In this document: one piece after another, positions 20,920-30,790 of the stretch | Layout: every line of letters starts with the position of its first letter | How positions within the stretch are numbered: the stretch's first letter is position 1 | Assembly: GCA_018650645.1 (NCBI GenBank) | Contig: JABIFP010000020.1 | Coordinates: forward strand, 82,529-146,528 | DNA: 64,000 bases | Direction of reading: 5' to 3' | Source of the DNA: Candidatus Magasanikiibacteriota bacterium | GTDB taxonomy: Bacteria; Patescibacteriota; Patescibacteriia; Magasanikbacterales; UBA922 | Translations under genes and position numbers: made by a program | The notes under the pieces: model-generated | Database searches by the model: none | The model's input: the letters and a program-made list of their open reading frames with translations, nothing else | What the model was told of the DNA's origin: nothing

Positions 20920-23228
20920 ATTGACGTATTAGTTTCTGATTCAATCATACCCGAATCATTGCCTCCCGGCAACCGCCGGTCATATTCCCATAGATAATAG
21001 GCCCCAGACTCAGTAGAACTACTCATAAATACTGATGAAATAAGTGGCAATTGCTGCGTGTCTACACGCTGCTTTTGTAGCGCAACTAAGCAAAATTCTC
21101 CTTCAGGAATGTATAATTCTGCCATTCCCTTGGTGTTCTGTGATACCGCCAAATAAAGCTCTTCCAGCAGTGCTTCCCGTTCTGGCTGCTGATGTTGGCT
21201 TCCAATTGGAAAATTTCCACCAATATAGCGCCCACCTGAAGTCGCTTCAAGCCCAAGCAGCGGCCACGTGTCTGCCAAAATACACGAATATACGGGTTTT
21301 TCTGCAATATGCACAGCAAGTGCATATTCCGTTTCGTTCATCGTTCGTAAATCTGGCCCAGAAGCAAGCGAGGAAACTGTTACACCAGAAAGAAATAACA
21401 CCAAGATTGCAAACACCCCTTTTGCAGCCCGCTTAGAAACGCGCACTTTCCATGTAGAAAAAAATCTCGCTACTCCATAGAGTATAAAAAGCATGGCAAA
21501 TAGTGTAACCATTGGATCAAGTCTACGCACAAACGAATGATCACCACCCATACCAAACCATCCAATTCCATATCCGCCAGCTACTGCCGCGCCAACAAGT
21601 GCTAATAGCCACCAGCTTCTTTCCTGCTCTTTTATATACAATCGATACACTCCATACAGTGCTAGCAGTATTGCCATAATTGCCGCGACCATAACATGCC
21701 ACCGCACAGAGGTAAATGGAGACGCTGCGAATGCATAGTCTGGCGTATGATTGAAAAGTAAATTAAAAGGCAATATATCATGTGAGCGAATCATAGACGC
21801 GTAAAACCATCCAGAACTCATACCAACAGCTTGTTTTACAGCATGTAGTGCCTTTCCACCAGAGAATCCAAAAGAAGAAATCCCCGCCAACCACTCGAGT
21901 ACAGGAATCACACCCATCGCTAACAGTGACAGTACAGCAAACCATACTCGTTTTAAGGCACCAAGTGCACCTTTCATTGACCCAAGAACAATAATACCGA
22001 CTAATGCAATGAGCACCACCACAATATATACAGGATGAGCAAAAAAGAGCCAAACACTTTGCAGGGCAAACAGTATCCAATGACGCATTTGCTTTCCCTG
22101 CAAAGCAAGCAAAAGGAGGAGTATTGACCAGACAAAGGCAAGAAAACCAATGCTAATTGCCAAAGACAGCCCGCCAAGTGCCTGAAGAGAAAACGGTACA
22201 ACGCTGAGCGCGGCTAGCCACACACCGTACCGTGGTGAGGTAAATAGTAATCTTCCTAATCGATATAGCAAAAGCGGCAAAAAAAGCGCCCACAGCAGCA
22301 CAATGAGCCACCTGTTGGCTGTGTGCATAGAAACACCAAACACTTCTTGTGCACTAATCTCATATGCCCAGAGCTGCGCATACACATACTTATGTGGCTG
22401 CACAAATACTTTTGGCAGCTTAAGCCAAGATAATTGTACCATCTGTGGATTTGGGAAAAGTACCGGCTCAATATATTCCCCAGCAATGAGCTGTTCCTGC
22501 GCCCCCATCATTCTATATACATCACCGCCAACTGGTAAAGTGTGGCTTAATGGAATAGCCGCATGAATAAGAAAACTATGTAAAATAATAAAGACCAAAA
22601 TGACCTTTGTTTTAAATCGTGAAAATATCATGACGCCAAGCATGATGCTAAGGGCAAATATTACCCAAAGCGTCATAGCATCAAATGTTTGCCAAGGAGA
22701 AAATAGTGCGGCTCCTGACTGCAAAGAATGCATGTGTGCAACTACCCCAACAAGCCCAGCCATATATGCAAGTGCAAGCAATCGCGGTGGTGCAAAAAAC
22801 GTGCCTCGAGCAATATGAATATGCGGCTTTATCTGAATTTTATCTATATGCCCCTTACCGCCCTGAAGCGTAAACTGACGAAACAGGCCCGTTGCTGCCG
22901 CTGTTAATACAAATGACCCAAGTAGTGCCACCACGGAATACGTATTCCACACAAGCATTACGGCAAGCATCCCGCACAGCAGCGTGAGCATTGCCCAAGA
23001 ACCAAGCAGTGTTGTCACAGCATCTGTTTTTTTCCATCTATACAACCGATTTAATATCTGCTGCCACCAAGACACAACAACTCGCGTATACAAAACGAAT
23101 CCAATCGTACTTAGTAATGGAATACCCTTTATGAGTCCTCCTGCCAAAAAGCTAAGCCCCAAAAGAAGCAGTATTGCATTAATAGGCGCAGAAAGTGGCG
23201 TAAAAATTCTTGGAAATCTATGCATCAT
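20916..23228 (-). CDS. Large polytopic membrane protein (GT-C-like)
   Basis: Many TM segments; first-loop GGDVYR acidic motif; downstream of lipid/glycan genes. Confidence 0.6.
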   Translation of the reverse strand: MMHRFPRIFTPLSAPINAILLLLGLSFLAGGLIKGIPLLSTIGFVLYTRVVVSWWQQILNRLYRWKKTDAVTTLLGSWAMLTLLCGMLAVMLVWNTYSVVALLGSFVLTAAATGLFRQFTLQGGKGHIDKIQIKPHIHIARGTFFAPPRLLALAYMAGLVGVVAHMHSLQSGAALFSPWQTFDAMTLWVIFALSIMLGVMIFSRFKTKVILVFIILHSFLIHAAIPLSHTLPVGGDVYRMMGAQEQLIAGEYIEPVLFPNPQMVQLSWLKLPKVFVQPHKYVYAQLWAYEISAQEVFGVSMHTANRWLIVLLWALFLPLLLYRLGRLLFTSPRYGVWLAALSVVPFSLQALGGLSLAISIGFLAFVWSILLLLLALQGKQMRHWILFALQSVWLFFAHPVYIVVVLIALVGIIVLGSMKGALGALKRVWFAVLSLLAMGVIPVLEWLAGISSFGFSGGKALHAVKQAVGMSSGWFYASMIRSHDILPFNLLFNHTPDYAFAASPFTSVRWHVMVAAIMAILLALYGVYRLYIKEQERSWWLLALVGAAVAGGYGIGWFGMGGDHSFVRRLDPMVTLFAMLFILYGVARFFSTWKVRVSKRAAKGVFAILVLFLSGVTVSSLASGPDLRTMNETEYALAVHIAEKPVYSCILADTWPLLGLEATSGGRYIGGNFPIGSQHQQPEREALLEELYLAVSQNTKGMAELYIPEGEFCLVALQKQRVDTQQLPLISSVFMSSSTESGAYYLWEYDRRLPGGNDSGMIESETNTSI

Positions 23229-23229
23229 A

Positions 23230-23865
23230 TTACATTCCTTGCGTAAACAAACTCACAACAGCAAATCCAATTGCTAGTCCAAACACCCAAGAAGCGATGG
23301 ACAATAAATATGGAACATTAAACACAAGTGCCATAAGCGTTACAGAAACAGCTATTACCTGTGAAATCATCTTAATCTTTCCCCAACGATTAGCTGCACG
23401 GACTTCATGAAATCGTAATTTGGCTACAGCCGCAAGTATCAAAAACAATACTTCAATTCCCAAAATTGTCATGCCAATCCAAAGCGGAAAATGCGTTAGT
23501 ACAACAAGCAAAATCATTGATCCCACAAGCAGCTTATCTGCAAGTGGATCAAACATCATTCCCCACTGCGTTACCATGTTCCTCGTTCTGGCCAGTGATC
23601 CATCAATCGCATCAGTAAACGCGAGGAGCAAGAATAAACCAGCGCCCCAGTCGTAAATACCAATTGAAATAATGTATACAGCAAGCGGCGTAAACAAAAT
23701 CCTAAAAGCCGTCACCTGATTTGGGGTAATGCGCTGAGGAATAAGTTTTAGTACTGTTTTTGCCATGAGCGAGTCATGGACAAATATGTGGTCAGCTTTT
23801 TGAAATCGAAACATTGCTGGATGCGAGGATGTAAAGCGTTTGACCAACCGAAACGTACCGATCAT
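23230..23865 (-). CDS. CDP-alcohol phosphatidyltransferase (PgsA-like)
   Basis: TPNQVT and D-x2-DG-x2-AR-x8-G-x3-D-x3-D (DAIDGSLAR...WGMMFDPLADK). Confidence 0.9.
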   Translation of the reverse strand: MIGTFRLVKRFTSSHPAMFRFQKADHIFVHDSLMAKTVLKLIPQRITPNQVTAFRILFTPLAVYIISIGIYDWGAGLFLLLAFTDAIDGSLARTRNMVTQWGMMFDPLADKLLVGSMILLVVLTHFPLWIGMTILGIEVLFLILAAVAKLRFHEVRAANRWGKIKMISQVIAVSVTLMALVFNVPYLLSIASWVFGLAIGFAVVSLFTQGM

Positions 23866-23911
23866 ATATGCGGATTATGCCCGTATTATACGCAATATCC
23901 GTTAATTTAGC

Positions 23912-23942
23912 AAAAAAAAGAACCCCAAACGGGATTCTTTTT
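23912..23942 (-). terminator. Terminator after rpsI
   Basis: AAAAAAAGAACCCC-AAAC-GGGATTCTTTTT hairpin. Confidence 0.7.
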
Positions 23943-23949
23943 GATGTTG

Positions 23950-24342
23950 TTAACGTTTTCTCCACTGGTGTCCACGACGAGCGCCATGTCGACCCGGTTT
24001 CTTTCTTTCTTTTGCACGAGAATCTCTAGTAGTAAATCCTTGTGCTTTAAGGAGTGGTTTCAATCCCTCATCAAAGATGAGAAGTGCACGTGTGATACCG
24101 TGTCGTACGGCTTCTGCTTGTGCATTTACTCCACTTCCTGAAACTTTTACAGAAATATCGAAATCCTTTTGTTTTCCAACAACTTCTAGAGGTGCTACCA
24201 CCTTTTGTTGCCAAAATACGATTGGGAAATATTCAGTATAGTCTTTTCCGTTTACAGTGATCTTTCCTGATCCTTTTGCAAGGCGTACTCGAGCTGAAGC
24301 GGTTTTTCGGCGACCAAGGCCGCGAATGAATTCTAATGCCAT
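23950..24342 (-). CDS. rpsI: 30S ribosomal protein S9
   Basis: GRRKTASARV, ERKKPG...QWRKR. Confidence 0.98.
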   Translation of the reverse strand: MALEFIRGLGRRKTASARVRLAKGSGKITVNGKDYTEYFPIVFWQQKVVAPLEVVGKQKDFDISVKVSGSGVNAQAEAVRHGITRALLIFDEGLKPLLKAQGFTTRDSRAKERKKPGRHGARRGHQWRKR

Positions 24343-24347
24343 AGGAT

Positions 24348-24707
24348 TTATGCCTCAATAGTTAAACGCTTCATCATTTCGTTTCGTAGTCTATTTTTTG
24401 GAAGCATTTTCACTACCGCTCTACGCATAACTTCCGTTGGATCGTTATCGAATACCTTTTTCATTGGTGTTCGTCTGAGTCCACCTGGATGTTGTGTGTG
24501 GTGGTAGTAATCTTTTTGAACAAGTTTACGTCCTGTAAACTTCACTTTTGATGCATTTTTTACAACAACAATGTCTCCGCAATCTAGGTTTGGAGCAAAG
24601 GTTGGTTTGTTCTTACCGCGAAGTGCCATTGCAATTTGTGTCGCAACTCTTCCCACAGCTTGATCCGTAGCATCAATTTCAGTTGTTTGTCTTGTTTGGG
24701 TAGTCAT
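24348..24707 (-). CDS. rplM: 50S ribosomal protein L13 (short, 119 aa)
   Basis: GRVAT.IA..LRGKNKPTF, YYHHTQHPGGL, MLPKNRL. Confidence 0.97.
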   Translation of the reverse strand: MTTQTRQTTEIDATDQAVGRVATQIAMALRGKNKPTFAPNLDCGDIVVVKNASKVKFTGRKLVQKDYYHHTQHPGGLRRTPMKKVFDNDPTEVMRRAVVKMLPKNRLRNEMMKRLTIEA

Positions 24708-24715
24708 AAACTTTG

Positions 24716-25066
24716 TTATACAAGCTCAATGCGAACCATTTCAGCAGCATCGTTTTTTCGGTGACCGAGTTTAACGATTCGAGTGTATCCACCTTGACGT
24801 TCTTTATAATGAGGACCAATTTCAGTCATCATTTTTTGGATAGAACTTTTAGTGAAGAGCACTTTATTGACTGCCTTTCGGTCAGCCAAAGACCCACGTC
24901 CCGCTTTTGTAATGACTGGTTCAATTACCGTGCGAAGCGCTTTTGCCTTTGCTTTAGTTGTTCTAATTCCACCGTGGATAACAAGTGATTCAGCCAAGTT
25001 ACGCATAAGCGCCTTTCGCTGCTCTTTCTTTCTCCCGAGGGTGAATTTTTTTGAATTATGTCTCAT
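24716..25066 (-). CDS. rplQ: 50S ribosomal protein L17
   Basis: MRH....LGR, TTKAKAK, GGYTRI. Confidence 0.98.
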   Translation of the reverse strand: MRHNSKKFTLGRKKEQRKALMRNLAESLVIHGGIRTTKAKAKALRTVIEPVITKAGRGSLADRKAVNKVLFTKSSIQKMMTEIGPHYKERQGGYTRIVKLGHRKNDAAEMVRIELV

Positions 25067-25075
25067 AAATTTCTA

Positions 25076-25813
25076 TTACTCAGAATCCTCTGCTGAAGCG
25101 ACTGCGGAAGTACCGGTTCCACGTTCGGCTTCTGCCAAAATGACTGCAAAGTGATCCATTAGGATCTTAGTTCCCTGTTTTACTGCTTCTTTTACTGCTA
25201 ATGTTCCATTCGTTTCAATCGTCATGGTAAGTTTTTCAAAATCTGTCACATCTCCTACACGAGTATTTTCTACCGCATATCCCAAATCTCTGATTGGTGT
25301 GTAGAGAGAATCGATCAAAATTGTTCCAAGATCAACATTCTTTGCTTCCTTTTCTTTCACTGGAACGTATCCCAAACCTTTTCCGATAATAACTTCCATT
25401 TCAAGTGCTTTCCCGTCATCAGTAAGTGTAAGCAAATGTAAATCTTTGTTTACAAGTTCGATGTCTGCGTTATCTTTGAAATCTGCAGCAGTTACAGGAC
25501 CAAGTCCTTTTTTGCTGAGTTTTAGTAGTACAGGTTCTTCAGCATGTGAAATCACTGCAAGTTGTTTGAGGTTCAAGATAACTTCAACCATGTCTTCTTG
25601 CACGCCATCAATAGCGCCGAATTCATGTTGAACTCCATCGATTCGTACAGATTCAACAGCAGCACCCGGAAGTGATGCAAGGAGTACACGACGAAGTGCA
25701 TTTCCTAATGTTGTTCCGTATCCTTTTTCACAAGGAGAAACGATCAATTGACTCACGTTTTTTTGATCAGTTTCTTGAAACTCGATAGTTGTTGGAAGAA
25801 GAATGTGTTCCAT
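25076..25813 (-). CDS. rpoA: RNA polymerase alpha subunit (N-terminal domain only)
   Basis: GYGTTLGNALRRVLL, GVQHEF, ENTRVG; located between rpsD and rplQ; 245 aa. Confidence 0.97.
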   Translation of the reverse strand: MEHILLPTTIEFQETDQKNVSQLIVSPCEKGYGTTLGNALRRVLLASLPGAAVESVRIDGVQHEFGAIDGVQEDMVEVILNLKQLAVISHAEEPVLLKLSKKGLGPVTAADFKDNADIELVNKDLHLLTLTDDGKALEMEVIIGKGLGYVPVKEKEAKNVDLGTILIDSLYTPIRDLGYAVENTRVGDVTDFEKLTMTIETNGTLAVKEAVKQGTKILMDHFAVILAEAERGTGTSAVASAEDSE

Positions 25814-25849
25814 AGACGTTGGCTATTTACGTGCCATGACAGGCATGGA

Positions 25850-26470
25850 TTAACGAGATGAGTAATACTCAATAATAAGTTTTACATCAAAGACTTTGTC
25901 GTAATCTGCTTCAAGTGGCATTGAAACCACTTTTCCTTCCTGTTTGCTTGGGTCAATTGTGATCCAAGATGGAAGTGCAGCACTTGCAAGTCTTTCCTCA
26001 ATATTATCAAAGATTTTCTTCTTTGTCTTTGTTGCTTTCACAGCAATCACATCACCAACTTCCACCAAGTATGATGGAATATTCATTTTCTTTCCGTTTA
26101 CAGTGAACATGTTGTGTCCTACCATTTGTCTTGCTTGTGCACGAGTCACAGCAAAACCGAGTCGATAAATTACATTATCAAATCGTCTTTCAAGTAGTCC
26201 TTGCAAGTTTACTCCAGAGTCTCCTTGCATTCGTCCAGCTTCTTTCACGTATTTTGAAAATTGTCGTTCACGAAGTCCGTACATGAACTTTGCTTTTTGC
26301 TTTTCATCAAGTTGCTTTCCGTATGTTGAAGAACCACGACGACGTGCTTGTCCATGCATACCTGGGCGTTGAGAAAGGCGTTTTGCAACCTTTGCTGCAT
26401 TTGTTTTGAGTCCAAGATTCACACCAAATCGACGTGCAATCTTGTTTTTAGGTCCAATATATCTTCCCAT
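25850..26470 (-). CDS. rpsD: 30S ribosomal protein S4
   Basis: MGRYIGPK, EKQK, LERRFDNVIYRLGF, IIEYYSSR. Confidence 0.98.
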   Translation of the reverse strand: MGRYIGPKNKIARRFGVNLGLKTNAAKVAKRLSQRPGMHGQARRRGSSTYGKQLDEKQKAKFMYGLRERQFSKYVKEAGRMQGDSGVNLQGLLERRFDNVIYRLGFAVTRAQARQMVGHNMFTVNGKKMNIPSYLVEVGDVIAVKATKTKKKIFDNIEERLASAALPSWITIDPSKQEGKVVSMPLEADYDKVFDVKLIIEYYSSR

Positions 26471-26479
26471 AGTAGTCTA

Positions 26480-26875
26480 TTAAACGCGTCGTCTTTTAGG
26501 AGGTCGGCACCCGTTATGTGGGAGTGGTGTCACGTCTTTCACAGAAAGAACGTTTAACCCTTGACCATTCAGTCCTCGGATTGCTCCTTCACGACCGCCA
26601 CCGATTCCTTTTACGAATACATTTACTTCTTTTAATCCGAATGCTTTTGCAGCTTCTACAGCTCGCTTTACAACTTGCTGAGCAGCATATGGAGTTGCTT
26701 TCTTTGGACCTTTGAATCCAACCATTCCAGCACTTGCCCAAGTAAGGACATCTCCGTTCAAATCAGTAAGGGTAACAATAGTATTGTTGAAAGTTGCTTG
26801 GATGTATGCACGCCCAGAACTTACCTGCTTATTGATTTTTTTCTTTTTCGCTTTTGTTGCGGGTTTTTTAGCCAT
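26480..26875 (-). CDS. rpsK: 30S ribosomal protein S11
   Basis: [26 protein letters not shown]. Confidence 0.98.
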   Translation of the reverse strand: MAKKPATKAKKKKINKQVSSGRAYIQATFNNTIVTLTDLNGDVLTWASAGMVGFKGPKKATPYAAQQVVKRAVEAAKAFGLKEVNVFVKGIGGGREGAIRGLNGQGLNVLSVKDVTPLPHNGCRPPKRRRV

Positions 26876-26904
26876 AACACGAATGTTGATTTGCGCTCAC
26901 AAAC

Positions 26905-27291
26905 CTAGGTTTTTTGAGCAGCTTTCTTCTTACCACTAGACGCCATCACTCTCTTGTTCCCGCGTCTTGTGCGTGAGTTAGTCTTTGTTCGTTGTCCACG
27001 AACTGGTAGGCTCTTCTTGTGTCGAATACCTCTATAACATTTAATGTCTTTCAGACGTTTAATGTTCGCAGTAACTTCACGACGAAGGTCACCTTCAGTT
27101 TTAAATTCTTTTTCAACAATTGCACGAATTGCATCTTCTTGATCACGAGTAAGATCTTTTACTCTTACATCTTCGTCAATGTTTGCTTTTTTCAAAATCT
27201 TTTGTGATGAGACAAGTCCTACACCAAAAATGTAAGTAAGTGAAATCACCACGCGTTTTTGTTTTGGAATGCTTACACCAGATACACGCAT
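26905..27291 (-). CDS. rpsM: 30S ribosomal protein S13
   Basis: [29 protein letters not shown]. Confidence 0.98.
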   Translation of the reverse strand: MRVSGVSIPKQKRVVISLTYIFGVGLVSSQKILKKANIDEDVRVKDLTRDQEDAIRAIVEKEFKTEGDLRREVTANIKRLKDIKCYRGIRHKKSLPVRGQRTKTNSRTRRGNKRVMASSGKKKAAQKT

Positions 27292-27308
27292 ATCTATTAA
27301 TTACTTGT

Positions 27309-27446
27309 TTAGGCAGCTTTTGTACGCTGCTTTGAACCTTGGGCAGAATTGTGGCGACGAATTTCACATCGCACTTCTAGACGCCCTTGTCTTCGAAGAA
27401 CTTTGCACTTAGGGCATCGTTTCTTTGCTGAACTCTTTTTCTTCAT
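27309..27446 (-). CDS. rpmJ: 50S ribosomal protein L36 (zinc-binding form, extended C-terminus)
   Basis: Hand-translated, below the ORF-track cutoff: MKKKSSAKKRCPKCKVLRRQGRLEVRCEIRRHNSAQGSKQRTKAA; C-x2-C-x12-C-x4-H; between infA and rpsM. Confidence 0.93.
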   Translation of the reverse strand: MKKKSSAKKRCPKCKVLRRQGRLEVRCEIRRHNSAQGSKQRTKAA

Positions 27447-27554
27447 ATCAGCCTGACAATTTATACAGGAATAAAAAAGATATCAACCACTGCCGCGATA
27501 TCGACGCTCGTCTCGACTGACAAGCTACACCGCACCGGTTGATATTTTGCTCTA

Positions 27555-27773
27555 TTAGAGTCGGTATGTAATACGCCCTTTAGTGAGGTCATATGGAGTC
27601 ATCTCCACTTTGACGCGGTCACCAATTCCTAATCGGATTCGGAACTTTCTCATCTTCCCTCCGAGGTAGGCTACAATCTCGTGATCGTTCTCTAACTTTA
27701 CACGAAATTTAGCTCCCGGAAGTACCTCATCGATCACTCCGTGAAGGACCAGGGCATCGTTATTTTTTGCCAT
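27555..27773 (-). CDS. infA: Translation initiation factor IF-1
   Basis: GKMRKFRIR...[21 protein letters not shown]; start placed at MAKNND. Confidence 0.98.
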   Translation of the reverse strand: MAKNNDALVLHGVIDEVLPGAKFRVKLENDHEIVAYLGGKMRKFRIRLGIGDRVKVEMTPYDLTKGRITYRL

Positions 27774-27799
27774 TTCTGGATTCAATTTAACTGCGCAGT

Positions 27800-27828
27800 A
27801 TGATAATGCATTTTGTCCCTAATGTCAA
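27800..27828 (-). promoter_or_regulatory. sigma70 promoter of the infA-alpha operon
   Basis: TTGACA-17 nt-TATCAT. Confidence 0.8.
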
Positions 27829-28042
27829 GAAAAAGGAACTTGCGCGTGTGAATAACTTGGATGAAATCAGATTCTGCCAATTCAGGCGGAATCTATATCC
27901 CCCATAGCATAGCTTGTATTGACAAATTATGCAAGATAGGGTACCTCTACATTAAACAATTTGTTTAAAAAACATCGATTTAACCAAGTTTTATTGGCAT
28001 TCCGCCTCTATTCTGTCTAAATAAGACAGTAATCATTAGCAC

Positions 28043-28885
28043 ATGTTTGGAGGGATTTCACCTAAAATTGAGGATCTTGTTGTGCAATCGCTCGCTTCTA
28101 AAGGAAGAATGAGTGCTGGCGACATATCTCATCAGCTTACCATCGATGGGTACTCTTGGAGTCCCCAGGCAATCTATAGGGTACTCAGAAAATTAACGGA
28201 AGAAGGAGTCCTTACCAAAGAGCGACGCACCTTTAGTGTCTCAATGACCTGGCTTATGCGCCTTCGGAGTATTACACAGACCTTGGAATCGACGTATTTT
28301 ACTGATGAATACCTCCAAGACTTGTTACCACCACCTGGCAGCAAGCATACCTGGCATTTTCCAGACATTCACCGATTACAAAGTTTTCGGTCGCAAATTC
28401 TACTGGCTTTGGCGCAAATGTCTACATCCTCAACCTGTTTGAGTTTTCAGCCCCATCAATGGGATCTTATCCTCCATCAGGAGCACTTATTTGCCTTTCT
28501 GCAGGCCTTTTACGCAAAAGACCGTACTCATTACGTTTTGACTGGAAATAGAACCTATTTAGACAAATACGCGCAGGCTATTTTACAAGGAGAATACCCA
28601 AACAACTCGTATTACTTGGCTTCAGAAGAAGAATGCATTGATACAAAAGGAAGAGAAGTGCATGTTATTGGCAATTATATTGTAACCATAAAGCTCGATC
28701 AGCGGTTACGAGATCATATTGACACCCTCTATACAAGTACACTTCCACTGCAAGATGTCGATTCGCTCAATATTTTGCCTATCATGAACGCTCGTGGTAG
28801 ACAGACTATTCGAATTGAATATAACGAAAAAAAAGCAGCGCAAATTGCGCGCCGCTTTTATTTACTGTTTGGTCCTCTTAAATAG
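28043..28885 (+). CDS. Putative winged-HTH transcription regulator (TrmB-like architecture)
   Basis: N-terminal wHTH pattern (SPQAIYRVLRKLTEEGVL); C-terminal domain not recognised. Confidence 0.6.
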   Translation: MFGGISPKIEDLVVQSLASKGRMSAGDISHQLTIDGYSWSPQAIYRVLRKLTEEGVLTKERRTFSVSMTWLMRLRSITQTLESTYFTDEYLQDLLPPPGSKHTWHFPDIHRLQSFRSQILLALAQMSTSSTCLSFQPHQWDLILHQEHLFAFLQAFYAKDRTHYVLTGNRTYLDKYAQAILQGEYPNNSYYLASEEECIDTKGREVHVIGNYIVTIKLDQRLRDHIDTLYTSTLPLQDVDSLNILPIMNARGRQTIRIEYNEKKAAQIARRFYLLFGPLK

Positions 28886-28887
28886 TG

Positions 28888-30780
28888 TTATAGCAAGATT
28901 GCCTTAATCCTTCTAATCCCTGCACTACTCGCTTCTTCTTTTTTTATTCTGAATGTTCCCATGTCACCAGTTCGAGTTACATGCGGACCACCACAAATTT
29001 CTCTACTAAATGTTGGCTCCTCCGGATTTGCATTTCCAGCATGCGCAGGATCCCCAATGGTATACACTTTTACCACATCATCATACTTATCGGTAAATAA
29101 TCCAATAACCCCATTATCTAACGCCTCTTTGAGTGGCATTTCTTGAAAATCGATTGGATAATCTTTTGCAATTGCGGCATTTACAAGCACTTCTACTTCG
29201 GCCTTTTGCTCTGGTGTCATTTTTTCCGGATGAGAAAAATCGAATCGTAATCTGTCAGGAGTAATATTACTTCCCTTTTGCTCAACATGATCACCCAGTA
29301 CTTTTTTGAGCGCGATATGAAGCAGATGCGTTGCCGTATGATATTTCACACTCATTTCTGATGTGTCTGCCATACCACCCTTAAATTTTTTCTGTGATGC
29401 TTCGCGAGAAAGGTCTTTGTGTTTTTTCACAAGCGCAGCAAACGCCTCCATATCAACAACAATTCCCTTTTCTCTTGCGAGCTCTTCAGTGATTTCAATT
29501 GGGAATCCATAACTTTGATACAGATCAAACGCATCTTCTGTGGTAAGCGCACCGTCAGCAATCATTTCTTCAAACTTTTTGAGTCCTTGCTGTAATGTCT
29601 TTCTAAACTTTTCTTCTTCGGCTGAAGCAACCTTCATCACATGATCTTTTTGCGCGGCAAGATCTGGGTATGCATCAGTATAGGCATCAATGACGCTTCC
29701 TACAACTGTTCCAACAAAGGCTTCTGTCACCCCAAGATCTTGAGCAAATCGTACTGCTCGTCTAAGTAGCCGTCGAGTAAAGTATCCCTGATCTTTATTA
29801 CTTGGTACAGCATTATCACCAATTAAAAATGCTGCAGCGCGCACATGATCCATAACCACACGGAACGCATACGTTTCTTTTTCATTAGCACCGTATGTTT
29901 TTCCACTTACTTGTTCAATGTGATTACGAACGCCATCGAACTGATCAATCATGAAAATATCTGGATTATTGATTGCTGCCGCAGCAATGCGCTCAAGTCC
30001 TCCACCAAAATCAATATTTTTCTTTTCGAGTTCAACAAATCCATCCTCTGTTTTTCTATACGCCATGAACACGTTATTCCCAATTTCCATAAATCGGCCG
30101 CAATCGCAGTTTACATGACACGGTGTATCCTTCCAAACAGACGCTGCATGAATTCCATCACCATCACCAAAATCCCAAAACATTTCTGCATCAGGCCCTC
30201 CGGGTTCTCCTACCGGCATGTTTTGTGGTACGCCAGCTCTACTCCACCAGTTTTTCTTTTCATTGTAGTAAAAAATGCGAGCGCCCTGCATGCCTTTTTC
30301 TTCTGGATTGTCTGCAATCGACGCATCAATTCCCTTTTCTTTAAATAATTTCTGCCACTTTTCTGCTGCTTCCGTATCTTTTGGAATACCAATCTCTTCA
30401 TTTCCAGAAAAACACGTAATATAGAGTTTACTTGGATCAAGACCAATGTCATTCATCAAAAAATCAAATGCCCATTCAATCTGCTGCGCTTTAAAATAAT
30501 CTCCCAAACTCCAGTTTCCTAGCATTTCAAAAAATGTAGTATGTCTGTTGTCTCCCACTTCATCAATATCGCTCCCGCGGAAACATTTCTGACTATCGGT
30601 AATCCGCGTTCCCTGTGGATGCGACTGCCCCAATAAATACGGCACCATTGGCTGCATGCCAGAACCCGTAAACAGTGTTGTTGGGTCATTCTCTGGTAAC
30701 AGTGAAGCAGAATCAATAACTGCATGCGTCTTATTTGCAAAATATGCCAAATAGGCTGTTCGAATATCGTTTGTTTTCAT
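28888..30780 (-). CDS. alaS: Alanine-tRNA ligase (short form without C-Ala domain)
   Basis: DPTTLFTGSGMQP, HTTFFEMLGNWS, editing HTATH and CGGPHV, ends GIRRIKA. Confidence 0.96.
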   Translation of the reverse strand: MKTNDIRTAYLAYFANKTHAVIDSASLLPENDPTTLFTGSGMQPMVPYLLGQSHPQGTRITDSQKCFRGSDIDEVGDNRHTTFFEMLGNWSLGDYFKAQQIEWAFDFLMNDIGLDPSKLYITCFSGNEEIGIPKDTEAAEKWQKLFKEKGIDASIADNPEEKGMQGARIFYYNEKKNWWSRAGVPQNMPVGEPGGPDAEMFWDFGDGDGIHAASVWKDTPCHVNCDCGRFMEIGNNVFMAYRKTEDGFVELEKKNIDFGGGLERIAAAAINNPDIFMIDQFDGVRNHIEQVSGKTYGANEKETYAFRVVMDHVRAAAFLIGDNAVPSNKDQGYFTRRLLRRAVRFAQDLGVTEAFVGTVVGSVIDAYTDAYPDLAAQKDHVMKVASAEEEKFRKTLQQGLKKFEEMIADGALTTEDAFDLYQSYGFPIEITEELAREKGIVVDMEAFAALVKKHKDLSREASQKKFKGGMADTSEMSVKYHTATHLLHIALKKVLGDHVEQKGSNITPDRLRFDFSHPEKMTPEQKAEVEVLVNAAIAKDYPIDFQEMPLKEALDNGVIGLFTDKYDDVVKVYTIGDPAHAGNANPEEPTFSREICGGPHVTRTGDMGTFRIKKEEASSAGIRRIKAILL

Positions 30781-30790
30781 AATTCTCAAA

